From NCBI GenBank assembly GCA_002424095.1, contig DIPL01000001.1, positions 2,184 through 66,183 of the forward strand: DNA of 64,000 nucleotides. Direction: 5' to 3'. Origin of the DNA: Christensenella sp. UBA5489 (GTDB lineage Bacteria; Bacillota; Clostridia; Christensenellales; UBA1242). Both the position numbers and the translations under genes were made by a program. The notes beneath the pieces were generated by a model, which worked only from the letters and a program-made list of their open reading frames with translations, did not search any database and was not told the origin of the DNA. Of this stretch, positions 24,949 to 34,618 are shown one piece after another (position 1 is the stretch's first letter; each line of letters begins with the position of its first letter).

Positions 24949-26421
24949 ATGGATATATCTAATATAATAGAAAAAAAATTGCTAAAAAAAAGACTGAATG
25001 AGTCTGATTTTTTGTGTGTTATAAACGGTTACTTAAACGATGAAGTTTCCGAAACTCAAATGGTCGGATTCTTAAAAGCGATAACAGATAATAACCTAAA
25101 CAATTCTGAAATCTATGCGCTCACAAAAGCAATGCAAAACGCAGGCGGCGGAAAAACTCTGGATTTAAAAGGACGTGTTGCAGATAAGCATTCAACAGGT
25201 GGTGTAAGTGATTCGACAACTCTTTTAGTTGTGCCGATTGTTGCGGCGGCGGGCGTTAAAATTTTAAAAATGAGCGGAAAAAGTCTTGGTTTTACAGGTG
25301 GAACTGCTGATAAAATTCTTTGTTTTGAGAGAATTAAAAATGACATTCCAACACAGGAAGCATTAAGAATTTTAAATAAAACAAACGGTTGTTTTTTAAC
25401 ACAATCAGATGAAATTGCACCAGCCGACAAAAAAATCTATGCTTTACGTGATAAAATTGGCTTAATTGCAAGCATTCCATTAATTGCTTCTTCAATAGTT
25501 AGTAAAAAACTTGCATCAGGTGGACATATTATTGTTTTTGATGTGAAAGTCGGACAAGGTGCATTCATTAAAACTTTAAGAGATGCCGTTTCACTTGCAA
25601 AAATAATGATAGATATTGTTAAAAAAGAAGGAAAAAAGGCATGTGCTGTGATTTCTTCAATGGATGAACCGCTTGGTAATTTCATCGGCGATTGTCTTGA
25701 AGTGCGGGAAGCCATTGAAATTTTAAAAAATGCAATCAAACCACTTAATCCTGAACATAGACAGTCAAGCAACTCACAATCCCTTAAATATGCCTCATCA
25801 TCGTTTAGAATGATTAATGTTTCAACACTTGTTTCAAATTTAAAAGAAGAAATTTCAAAAAGTAATAATGGAGATAAAAACGGTAATAATCTTTTAAGTT
25901 TAAGCGAAACACTTGCTGCATTAATAATAAAATTCGCCCAAAACATTGAACTTGAAGATGCAAGGAAGCAAGTGCGTAAAGTGTTGGGGAATGGAAAAGC
26001 ACTTACAAAACTCAAAGAAATTATAAGAGAACAAGGCGGAAGTTTGAATCTCTTTAATAAAAAAATAGATTATATAAATAAAGAAATTTCTCTTGATGAA
26101 AAAGGTTATATAAAAAATTTAGACACGGAAAATTTGGGGCTTATAACAAAAGAATTTACAGAAAAATATAAAGATTTCGCTGGAATTGAAATTCTAGTAC
26201 GACGTGGCGATAAGGTTTCTCCGAATATAATTTTAGCAAGACTATATTTCAAAAAGGATGAAATAGATAAAACTAAAATTTCAAAAAAACTTATTAAAAA
26301 AGAAACCGAAACTAAACAAAAAATGTTAAATGAAATAATTAAAAGATATAAAGAATGCTTTAAAATTTCGCCCAAAAAGACGAAAGCAAAAAGCAATATC
26401 ATAAGAAAAATAATTTATTAA
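24949..26421 (+). CDS. pdp: pyrimidine-nucleoside (thymidine) phosphorylase with a lineage-specific insertion and C-terminal extension
   Basis: KHSTGGVSDSTTLLVVPIVAAAGVKILKMSGKSLGFTGGTADK and PADKKIYALRDKIGLIASIPLIASSI. It is 490 aa against roughly 433 aa for the typical enzyme. Confidence 0.85.
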   Translation: MDISNIIEKKLLKKRLNESDFLCVINGYLNDEVSETQMVGFLKAITDNNLNNSEIYALTKAMQNAGGGKTLDLKGRVADKHSTGGVSDSTTLLVVPIVAAAGVKILKMSGKSLGFTGGTADKILCFERIKNDIPTQEALRILNKTNGCFLTQSDEIAPADKKIYALRDKIGLIASIPLIASSIVSKKLASGGHIIVFDVKVGQGAFIKTLRDAVSLAKIMIDIVKKEGKKACAVISSMDEPLGNFIGDCLEVREAIEILKNAIKPLNPEHRQSSNSQSLKYASSSFRMINVSTLVSNLKEEISKSNNGDKNGNNLLSLSETLAALIIKFAQNIELEDARKQVRKVLGNGKALTKLKEIIREQGGSLNLFNKKIDYINKEISLDEKGYIKNLDTENLGLITKEFTEKYKDFAGIEILVRRGDKVSPNIILARLYFKKDEIDKTKISKKLIKKETETKQKMLNEIIKRYKECFKISPKKTKAKSNIIRKIIY

Positions 26422-26454
26422 AGATAATCTCAAAAGTGATTTAACGGAGATATA

Positions 26455-26898
26455 ATGAAATTTAAAGTGGCGACAAAAAATGCAGACGAAACTATGCAAT
26501 TTGCGGAAAAATTCGCAACATTGCTCACTTCGCCGTGTGTGATTGCTTTGGATGGCGATTTAAGCGCAGGCAAAACAACTTTCGCCAAAGGTTTTGCAAA
26601 AGGGCTTGGCATAGAAAAAATGATAACAAGTCCAACTTTCACGATTTTAAATGAATATGATTTTCAAAATAAAAATGATATAAAAAAGTTATATCATTTT
26701 GATATGTATAGACTTGAAAACGAGGATGACGCATTTGCACTTGGTCTTGAAGAATATTTTGATTTAAAAAAACTTAACGGTTTTGTTTTAGTCGAATGGG
26801 CGGATAGGATAAAAAACATCTTGCCTGAAAAATATATTATTGTGAATTTTTCTAAAATAAGCGATAATGAAAGGTCAATATTAATTTCAGGGAATTAA
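26455..26898 (+). CDS. tsaE: tRNA t6A37 biosynthesis ATPase TsaE
   Basis: P-loop LDGDLSAGKTTFAKGFAKGLG and SPTFTILNEY. Confidence 0.85.
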   Translation: MKFKVATKNADETMQFAEKFATLLTSPCVIALDGDLSAGKTTFAKGFAKGLGIEKMITSPTFTILNEYDFQNKNDIKKLYHFDMYRLENEDDAFALGLEEYFDLKKLNGFVLVEWADRIKNILPEKYIIVNFSKISDNERSILISGN

Positions 26899-26973
26899 AA
26901 TAAAGTTCTTTTTAATGTGTAAGCTATTTTTAAAAACATAATTAATAAAAAAAATATTTTATAAAAGGGAAAA

Positions 26974-27714
26974 ATGAAAATTCTATGTATAAACACTGCT
27001 TTTGCTGAGGCTCATATAGCATTTAAAAACGAAAGCATTCAAATTTTTAGGAAAATTAATGCCGAAGCAAAAAGTTCTGAAAACATTTTGCCCGCAATTG
27101 AAAAAGTTCTGTACGAGCAAAGCATAAGTCCAAAAGAATTGACGTATATTGCCACCGTGGTTGGTCCCGGTTCTTTTACTGGAATTCGAATTGGAACTGC
27201 AATTGCCAAAGGTTCTGTATGTACTGTGCCAACAATTAAATTGATTGCAATAAATTCTCTTGATTTAATGGCGTATGAATTTTTAAAAAACAAGAATTCA
27301 AACGAAAGGCAGAACGTACCACAAGTAGATTTATCAAATGATAAAAACCCTAAAACTTTTTATTGTATTCAAAATGCACATTCAAAAAGATTTTTTATTG
27401 CTAAATATAATTTTGTTGGCGAACGAATAAGTGATTATGCTCTCGTCAATAAATTGCCTGAAAACGCAATTTTAATAAAATTAGAATGTGAAGATTTTGA
27501 GATTCCACCAAATTTTGTTTTTGATAATTCTGATAATGTTAAAAACTCTTCCGTTCTTATAAATATAAAGTTAAAACCTGAAACATTGTTGGAAGTTGCA
27601 TTAAAATATATAGAAGAAATCAAAATAACTGATTTGCAAAATTTTGAACCCGTTTATATAAGATTATCTCAAGCAGAAGAAAATTTAATTAAATCAAAGT
27701 GTAAAAAATCGTAA
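26974..27714 (+). CDS. tsaB: tRNA t6A37 biosynthesis protein TsaB
   Basis: VVGPGSFTGIRIGTAIAKG. Synteny is tsaE-tsaB-rimI. Confidence 0.8.
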   Translation: MKILCINTAFAEAHIAFKNESIQIFRKINAEAKSSENILPAIEKVLYEQSISPKELTYIATVVGPGSFTGIRIGTAIAKGSVCTVPTIKLIAINSLDLMAYEFLKNKNSNERQNVPQVDLSNDKNPKTFYCIQNAHSKRFFIAKYNFVGERISDYALVNKLPENAILIKLECEDFEIPPNFVFDNSDNVKNSSVLINIKLKPETLLEVALKYIEEIKITDLQNFEPVYIRLSQAEENLIKSKCKKS

Positions 27715-27776
27715 TTAAAGTGTAACGAAATCACATTAGAAGTTCATATTAAAAAAATTATAAAAAACAGGAATTA

Positions 27777-28235
27777 ATGATTAAAAATATAAAAAAAATA
27801 ACGCAACTTAACATAAAGGAAATTTTTGAACTCTCACTTCAACAATTTAAAGAAAACAGTTGGAAAAAAGAATATTTTGAACAAGAGATTGAAAAGCCAC
27901 TTCATTTTGCATATTTATATCAAGATGAAAACAGCGGGAAAATTGCCGCCTTTATTTTTTTTATGCAAACCGAAGGAGAGGGAGGGCTGGATTACAACAT
28001 AACAAACTTAGCAACTGATGATTGCTTTAAAAATTTAGGCTATGCAACTGCACTGATAGATTTTTGTTTTATGTTAGCAAAGAAAAAAAATATAAATAAA
28101 GTTTGGTTGGAAGTCTGCGAGAAAAATTCAGAGGCAATTCATCTTTATCGAAAATTAGGTTTTAAAATAGATTATATTCGCAAAAATTATTATCCGAATC
28201 AGGAAAGTGCAGTAATTATGTCAAAAAAGTTTTGA
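27777..28235 (+). CDS. rimI: ribosomal-protein-alanine N-acetyltransferase (GNAT)
   Basis: GNAT core GYATALIDFCFMLAKKKNINKVWLEVCEKNSEAIHLYRKLGF. Located after tsaB. Confidence 0.7.
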   Translation: MIKNIKKITQLNIKEIFELSLQQFKENSWKKEYFEQEIEKPLHFAYLYQDENSGKIAAFIFFMQTEGEGGLDYNITNLATDDCFKNLGYATALIDFCFMLAKKKNINKVWLEVCEKNSEAIHLYRKLGFKIDYIRKNYYPNQESAVIMSKKF

Positions 28236-28345
28236 TTTTATTAACAAAACATTGAATTTTCGCCATATAAATATAATTTTTGGCAATTAATGAAAATATT
28301 TTCAAAATTTGCCTTTTTAGAGATTTATGCATATATAAATAATAT

Positions 28346-29062
28346 ATGTTTTATGAATTCAGGGGAAAGAAAGTTCATTTAAAAAAAACAAAGGGCAAAG
28401 GGGATTGGATTGTTTTTTTGCACGGCTGGGGCGGAACAATAAAAAGTTTTGAATGCGTGGCTGAAAAATTCACCGAACACAAATGTTTACTTATAGATTT
28501 TCCACCGTTTGGAGAATCGGAAGAAATGGTTGATGTTTGGAATTTAAGTGATTATGTCGAAATGCTCCGTGAAATTTTGAACGCTTTTGAAATTGATAAA
28601 GTTAAAATTATTGCTCATTCTTTTGGCGGAAGGGTTGCAATTTTATTTGCTTCTATTTATACTGATAAGGTTGAAAAATTAATTTTGGTAGACAGTGCGG
28701 GCATAAAGCCTAAATTCAATATTATTGTAAAATTAAAGATTTTAAAATATAAATTACTTAAAAAAATTGGCTTTAAACAAAAAAATAAAGGTTCAGCGGA
28801 TTATAAACTTTTGTCTAGCAAAATGAAAAAAACTTTTGTCAACATAATCAATGAACACCTTGAAAAACAATGCGAAAGAATTAATTGTCCAACACTGATT
28901 ATTTTTGGAAAAAAAGATAAGGAAACGCCAATTTATATGGCGAAAAAACTAAATTCACTTATCAAAAACAGCGCTGTTATAATCTTTAAAAATGCAAGAC
29001 ATTTTTCATATATAGATAATTTTAACGACTTTATTTTAATTGCTAAAAGTTTTTTAAATTGA
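28346..29062 (+). CDS. alpha/beta-fold hydrolase
   Basis: VFLHGWGG oxyanion region and nucleophile elbow IIAHSFGGRVA. Confidence 0.7.
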   Translation: MFYEFRGKKVHLKKTKGKGDWIVFLHGWGGTIKSFECVAEKFTEHKCLLIDFPPFGESEEMVDVWNLSDYVEMLREILNAFEIDKVKIIAHSFGGRVAILFASIYTDKVEKLILVDSAGIKPKFNIIVKLKILKYKLLKKIGFKQKNKGSADYKLLSSKMKKTFVNIINEHLEKQCERINCPTLIIFGKKDKETPIYMAKKLNSLIKNSAVIIFKNARHFSYIDNFNDFILIAKSFLN

Positions 29063-29119
29063 AAAAAGATGAAATAATATAATAAAAATTATCAAGTTAA
29101 CTTTAATTAGGAGGAATTT

Positions 29120-30769
29120 ATGGAATTTGCTGAATTTTTCTCTTTGGATAAAATACATTTTTTAATTGCACTTTTAATAAGTGTAATAAATGCCGTGCTT
29201 TTGGTTTTAATTGCCAAAAAGTTTTTGCAAATTCTGCAAATTTCAGGTTATAAAATTAGAGGCTATGCGGTATGGCTTGCCGACACGAAGGCGAAATATC
29301 TTTCTCGTATTTTAATGTTATGTTTTTTAAGTTTGGCTAGTGTTTTGGTTACTAATGCACTTTTTGACGTGGCAAATAATCATCTAGAATTTTCATATTT
29401 TGGTCTCATTTTTTATGTTTATTTTTCAATTGTATTTATTATTAATATGGTGAAAATGCCACAAAAAACACCACTCGTTCAAACTCGCAGAATGTCAAGA
29501 ATAACAACTCTTTTATTTTTGATTTGCTTTGTAACTTCTTTATTTTTAATTTGGCTTGCAGATGCGTATTTGCCATTTTTAAGTACAGGAGTAATCACTT
29601 TAACGCCGATTTTATTGCCGATTTTTGTACCCCTTGTACATTTCATCCTTGTGCCACTTGAATGGCTTATTCGCCAAAACTATATTATTCGTGCAAGAAG
29701 AAAACTTGCCAAAATGCCGAATTTAATAAAGATTGGAATCACTGGAAGTTTTGGGAAAACCAGCGTTAAACATATACTTAATATAATGTTAAGTCAAAAA
29801 TATGATGTTTGTATGTCGCCACATAGTTTCAATACGCCGATGGGACTCACAAAAGTTATTTTGAAATATTTAAAACCTGATAATCAAATTTTAATTGCTG
29901 AAATGGGCGCACGGCAAATTGGAGATATCAGTTATTTATGCAAATTAATTGAGCCACAGCACGGAATTATTACAGGTATTGGCTTGCAACATTTTGAAAC
30001 TTTTGGTAGCGAAGAAAATATAATTAAGACAAAAAATGAATTGGTGCTTGCGTTACCACAAGATGCCGTTATTGTTTTTAACGGCGACAGTAAAAATTCG
30101 AAATTATTATTTAAAGAATGTGAAAATAAAAACAAATTTTTAGTTTCGTTAGGAAAGAAGTCAGAAGTTGAAGTGGAAAATGTTGAGTTTTCTAAAAATG
30201 GAATTAAATTTGATTTAAAATATAAAGATGAAAGTGTTTCGTGTCAAACCAACTTGCTTGGACAGCATAATTTATTGAACATTTTATTAAGTGCTTCTAT
30301 GGCGATTAAACTTGACTTAAATTTGGAGCAAATAAGTAATGCGATTAAAGAACTCGAACCTATTAATCATAGATTACAACCAATTCAAAAAGATAATATG
30401 ATTATACTTGATGATGCTTATAGTTCGAACGAAGAAGGTGCTAAGGCGGCACTTGACGTTTTAAAAACCTTTGACGACAAAATTAAAATTTGCATTACTC
30501 CGGGAATTGTTGAACTTGGAAAAGAAGAAGGGCGCATAAATGAAAATTTTGGAAAACTGCTTGCAAAAACTTGCGATTTCGTAATTATTGTAAATAAAGT
30601 AAACGCAGAGAGTTTGAAAAAAGGTTTAATTTCAGGAAAATTTAGCGAAGGAAAAATCATATTTACAGAGAATTTGGAAGAGGCAAAGCAAAAACTTAAC
30701 CAATTAATAAAACCCGATGAGCAATATGTAGTTTTATTTGAAAATGACTTGCCGGATAACTATACTTAA
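29120..30769 (+). CDS. murF: UDP-MurNAc-tripeptide--D-Ala-D-Ala ligase (MurF-like) with an N-terminal polytopic membrane domain
   Basis: Mur-ligase P-loop IGITGSFGKTSVKHIL, plus AEMGARQIGDISYL, QHNLLN and DDAYSSNEEGAKAAL. The first ~195 aa are hydrophobic, with about 5-6 predicted TM helices. Confidence 0.7.
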   Translation: MEFAEFFSLDKIHFLIALLISVINAVLLVLIAKKFLQILQISGYKIRGYAVWLADTKAKYLSRILMLCFLSLASVLVTNALFDVANNHLEFSYFGLIFYVYFSIVFIINMVKMPQKTPLVQTRRMSRITTLLFLICFVTSLFLIWLADAYLPFLSTGVITLTPILLPIFVPLVHFILVPLEWLIRQNYIIRARRKLAKMPNLIKIGITGSFGKTSVKHILNIMLSQKYDVCMSPHSFNTPMGLTKVILKYLKPDNQILIAEMGARQIGDISYLCKLIEPQHGIITGIGLQHFETFGSEENIIKTKNELVLALPQDAVIVFNGDSKNSKLLFKECENKNKFLVSLGKKSEVEVENVEFSKNGIKFDLKYKDESVSCQTNLLGQHNLLNILLSASMAIKLDLNLEQISNAIKELEPINHRLQPIQKDNMIILDDAYSSNEEGAKAALDVLKTFDDKIKICITPGIVELGKEEGRINENFGKLLAKTCDFVIIVNKVNAESLKKGLISGKFSEGKIIFTENLEEAKQKLNQLIKPDEQYVVLFENDLPDNYT

Positions 30770-30860
30770 AACTATTGAATGTAAAATATTTGCTTAAAAT
30801 GAGAATTCTAAATTTAAATATTTGAAATGTTGGAAATAATGCTGAAAAGAGATAGTATAG

Positions 30861-30888
30861 AAAAGTCGTATTTTTAATACGACTTTTT
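30861..30888. terminator. bidirectional rho-independent terminator between the convergent genes
   Basis: AAAAGTCGTATT-TTT-AATACGACTTTT is a perfect 12-bp stem flanked by A/T runs. Confidence 0.65.
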
Positions 30889-30987
30889 CTAATTAATACA
30901 ACTTTTTTCAAATCAATAGGCGTGCATATTTATTCAAAGACTTTATATTTATTAATCCAACAAGTGCTTTTAAAGAAAAATTGTATC

Positions 30988-32343
30988 TTATTGTTCTAAA
31001 AGTTGAACAAATTTTCTTGGCTTTGATAAAGAAGGACGTTCGTTATTCATAGCGATGATTTGACCAATACCGAAACTTTCAAGTCCTTGCCATTTTGCCT
31101 TATTGCTTAATGTTGGGGAAGTGTACGTTTCCGCAGGCATTTGCCTTATTTGCTTTGGTGTATCATAAACGGTAGCGGTTTCTACGGTTGCCATTGAAGT
31201 TGTTGCCGTTGCTGAATTTAATGCAGTTTTAGTTATTTCAAGTTCGTTGTTTTTTGTTGTTTCCATATTTTTAGAAATGCTAATAATATTTTCTGCTGTC
31301 GCTGATTGCTCGTTTGCTACGACATCAGCAAAAGTTGGAATTGAGAATTCTTCAAAATTAGGTTTTTCGTTTTCTGCTGTTGCAAAAGGAACGAAATCAA
31401 CAATATTATTTTCAGCCGATTTTGATTGAACAAACGCTTCCTCAGGTTGATTTAAGCTATCTGATTTTATTGTTGAATTGTTTGCGCCCGACCAAAAAAT
31501 TTCTGTAAATTCAGTTGTTTTGGCGGATGGAGTAGTTTCAGTTGTCGCTGTATTTAATGGTTTTTCAGCCATTATGCCAAAAGCAATTTCAGTTGTAGCG
31601 GCTGCTTCAACAGCACGTTGTTCACGTAATTTTTCAACAGCCAAAGCACTTTTTGAAAAAACAACATCACCAACTTGCATTTCAGTTATACCAATTCCAT
31701 ATTTATCAGCAACTTTATTGAATTTCGGAAGCAGTGCATTTGCAAGATATTTCTTATTTTGCTTAAAACTTGAAATTAAATAGTTTTCTTTACGTAGCAA
31801 TTTGAAAAGATTTATTTCAAATAAATCGCTTAAAATTTGGTTGACATATTTCGGTTTACGTACATTCCACGCACTTTCGCTATTTTTAAAAAGTGTTTGC
31901 AAAAATCGTTGAGCATCACTAACATAAAAATCAATTTCAAAACTTGGTTTAACCCAAAACTTGCCGTCTATTGATGTTTTATATTTTAATTTTCTTGAAA
32001 TTGCTAATTTTAAATTTTTTTGTTGTGTCAAGTTTATCAATAAAGGTTTTGCTTTGAAATTTTTAATTGGCTTGCCGTATTTATCAGGTTTGTGCAAACG
32101 AAACCTTTTTTTACAAAGGGGCAGGGCAATGAGTGTCAGTGAATGCTCGCCAGCAGGCAAAAAGTCTAGAACTCGCTTTTTATGTGTGATGACTGCCACA
32201 AAATTTTCAGGGACTTGAATTTTACTATTCAGCCAAATTTTCCCACGTTTAAGTTTCAAAGGATAGACGAGATATTGCGAGATATCTTGCTTAACCTTGA
32301 TATCTTTTGAAAACAAATTTTTAATAGCATCAAAAAATTTCAT
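30988..32343 (-). CDS. YdjI-like SPFH-domain protein with a Thr/Ala/Glu-rich C-terminal half
   Basis: The N-terminus MKFFDAIKNLFSKD...GKIWLNSKIQVPENFVAVI...LPAGEHSL and FEIDFYVSDAQRFLQTLF resemble B. subtilis YdjI as I remember it (MSFFRNQLANVVEW..., FTFKVQDYVSLIDKI). The C-terminal ~200 aa is low complexity. Confidence 0.45.
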   Translation of the reverse strand: MKFFDAIKNLFSKDIKVKQDISQYLVYPLKLKRGKIWLNSKIQVPENFVAVITHKKRVLDFLPAGEHSLTLIALPLCKKRFRLHKPDKYGKPIKNFKAKPLLINLTQQKNLKLAISRKLKYKTSIDGKFWVKPSFEIDFYVSDAQRFLQTLFKNSESAWNVRKPKYVNQILSDLFEINLFKLLRKENYLISSFKQNKKYLANALLPKFNKVADKYGIGITEMQVGDVVFSKSALAVEKLREQRAVEAAATTEIAFGIMAEKPLNTATTETTPSAKTTEFTEIFWSGANNSTIKSDSLNQPEEAFVQSKSAENNIVDFVPFATAENEKPNFEEFSIPTFADVVANEQSATAENIISISKNMETTKNNELEITKTALNSATATTSMATVETATVYDTPKQIRQMPAETYTSPTLSNKAKWQGLESFGIGQIIAMNNERPSLSKPRKFVQLLEQ

Positions 32344-32503
32344 ACCGCCTTACCTTCTTTGCTTATTTTTTGCTTTTAAAATTTTAATTTTAGGTTTCCG
32401 CTTTAAATAAATTCTATTTATTACTGATATTACTGAAACCGTGTAACTATCTTTTTTGCTTACTTTTTATTATGGCTATAAATCAAACTTCGGTTTTTAA
32501 AGT

Positions 32504-34618
32504 TTACTTGCTTTTCTCTTGTCGTCTTCTTTCTGCTTCTGCTGCTGCTGTTCCTTTTGCATAAGCCTCTTTAACTTGCTTTTCAAATGCTTCATCTTTT
32601 GCTTGTTTCGCAAAATGCGGACTTATGTATGGCATATTAATTTTGATTAAAGCCTTTTTCATATCGCCTCCGCCATCTTTCCAACCTGAAGCCAAATCAC
32701 TTTTTGAAAGAGGTGCAAAAATTTCTTTTGTCAAGCCCCTAGCCTCTCCAAACATAGCACTTAAATCTTCCCGTGGAATTGTTTGTTTTGCCCAACTTCC
32801 AAGCATAGCTCGTCGAGATTCAGCAGGGAAGTCAGCGGCGGTTTTTGGTGCATAAACATCTTGTCGGCCTTGTGGAGTCATTTGCCAACCATATCTTGAA
32901 TGACCTTTCATTACATTATCGGCAACTTGACCTTTTTCAAAATCTAAATGTTGTTGATAGCCTTCTTCTAATTTCGCTAATTCAAATTGATCATCGGACA
33001 TATTTCTATATTGTTGATAAGACTGTCTTATTCTTTTTTCTGCATTTTTCGATACCGCGTCGCTTTGCATTAGTTTTCCTTTATATGCTTCTCTTTCTGC
33101 TTCGAATTCGGCATTAGCGGCATCAGCCTGTGCTGTTCGCCCTGCCAATGTGTTTTTACCTCTAATGCTTTTAGCAGCTTTGACCCCTCCGCTTAATCCT
33201 TTATATGCAACCAGCCCACCTCTAAGAGCAAGTCCAGCACCACCAGCCACAAGCATTCCTGCCGATGCAACCTTACTACCAAGTTCTTTGGAGATTTCTC
33301 CGCCTGCCTTATTTAAATCTTCGGATTTTATGAAACTGCTTATCATTCCTATGAAAGTTTTAACCATCATAAGCGCAACAATCATAAACAGTATTGACAT
33401 TATGTAATCCGCAACTGAAAAGTTAAAAAATGAAAGTTTATTCAAATACGGCATAATGAGAAAGACGATATTCATCCCCCCAATTGCACCAATGACCATA
33501 AGTGTTTTACTTATAAATTTTCCTCTCCACGCCTTATAGGCATCTCCATTATCAAGTGGTCTAAGGGCAATAAGCGGTGCTGCAATTAAGAACAAGCCAA
33601 CAAGTTCAATAAAGCGTCCTATCAGTCCCATTGCAAGATTTATGAACATAACACAAAGAATTATTCCAGCGGCAAATGCAACTAAGAAGTTGTAATACCA
33701 TAAATTGTAATAATACCAAATTAATTTTACATTATTACGGTCAAGTGCCGTAATATTATCAGAACCTTGCAACTGGAAAACGTCAGCAGTTGGTAAATTA
33801 TCTTTTAAGATATACCAATCGGAATAATCTAAATTTGATACAGTTTCAACTTTTACATAGTTGGCAAAACCCTCATCAATTGCTCCTGCAACTTTTTCAC
33901 GGTTAGTATCTTGAAAAAGTCCACCGAAATGTGTTGCTTTATCATTATTCAAAAATTCGAAAAAGGTGTCATCGTAACGTGCTCGATTGGCATTATAGCA
34001 AGATGCGTTAAAGACAGCACCTGAAAACGTCGTTGTTGTTGTTGGTATGGCAATTGAGAAAAGATTATAATGTATATATGTTGTCTTTACTTCGCTTGAT
34101 GGACCACTAGGCAAAGTTGTGGATTTAAGTTTTTGCGTATCTAAAAAATTAAATGAAGTTGATGCGGAAACCGAAGTTGCTTGGTCGACTGCCTGCAAAA
34201 TCACATTACTTAAAAAAATTCCGAACAAAACTGCAATAGGAACGATTGCAAAAAGGGCAATAGATTTGAATGCTTTTTTTATTATTGAAGAGCGTGGGTC
34301 TTCTGGCTTGTCGGCTGCGTATTCATTTCTTATAATGGCAACAATTGTTGAAAGAAAAAGGAGAATAAAGCCAAGAATTACAAGTCCCCAAAAAGCATTT
34401 GTTAAAATTGGAAAATCCCCAAAAAGTGTACCTCTTATAAAATGATATACAATATCGCCTTCCTGAGCAACGCCGTCTATATAATAAACATCAAGCCCAG
34501 CAAGTTTTCTGAATACAAGTTGAAATAAGTCAATTACAGATAAAAAAGCGTTCGAAATGATATAAATTAATTTCGGAATAGCACTAAGAAGACAAACAAT
34601 ATAATCCCAAATAACCAA
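32504..34618 (-). CDS. large polytopic membrane protein with an Ala/Gly/Arg-rich cytoplasmic C-terminal domain (unrecognised family)
   Basis: 704 aa with at least 8 hydrophobic segments in the first ~470 aa. A ~170-aa loop between TM clusters (SVSASTSFNF...NVKLIWYYYNLWYYN) is followed by a ~230-aa hydrophilic tail (GGAGLALRGGLVAYKGLSGG...AAAEAERRRQEKSK). Confidence 0.6.
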   Translation of the reverse strand: MVIWDYIVCLLSAIPKLIYIISNAFLSVIDLFQLVFRKLAGLDVYYIDGVAQEGDIVYHFIRGTLFGDFPILTNAFWGLVILGFILLFLSTIVAIIRNEYAADKPEDPRSSIIKKAFKSIALFAIVPIAVLFGIFLSNVILQAVDQATSVSASTSFNFLDTQKLKSTTLPSGPSSEVKTTYIHYNLFSIAIPTTTTTFSGAVFNASCYNANRARYDDTFFEFLNNDKATHFGGLFQDTNREKVAGAIDEGFANYVKVETVSNLDYSDWYILKDNLPTADVFQLQGSDNITALDRNNVKLIWYYYNLWYYNFLVAFAAGIILCVMFINLAMGLIGRFIELVGLFLIAAPLIALRPLDNGDAYKAWRGKFISKTLMVIGAIGGMNIVFLIMPYLNKLSFFNFSVADYIMSILFMIVALMMVKTFIGMISSFIKSEDLNKAGGEISKELGSKVASAGMLVAGGAGLALRGGLVAYKGLSGGVKAAKSIRGKNTLAGRTAQADAANAEFEAEREAYKGKLMQSDAVSKNAEKRIRQSYQQYRNMSDDQFELAKLEEGYQQHLDFEKGQVADNVMKGHSRYGWQMTPQGRQDVYAPKTAADFPAESRRAMLGSWAKQTIPREDLSAMFGEARGLTKEIFAPLSKSDLASGWKDGGGDMKKALIKINMPYISPHFAKQAKDEAFEKQVKEAYAKGTAAAEAERRRQEKSK

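Noticed and set aside
25437-26015. A 192-aa minus-strand ORF antisense to pdp. Similar antisense ORFs occur at 25113-25430 and 26106-26402.
   Set aside because: pdp has strong family motifs on the + strand. The antisense translations have no recognisable features.
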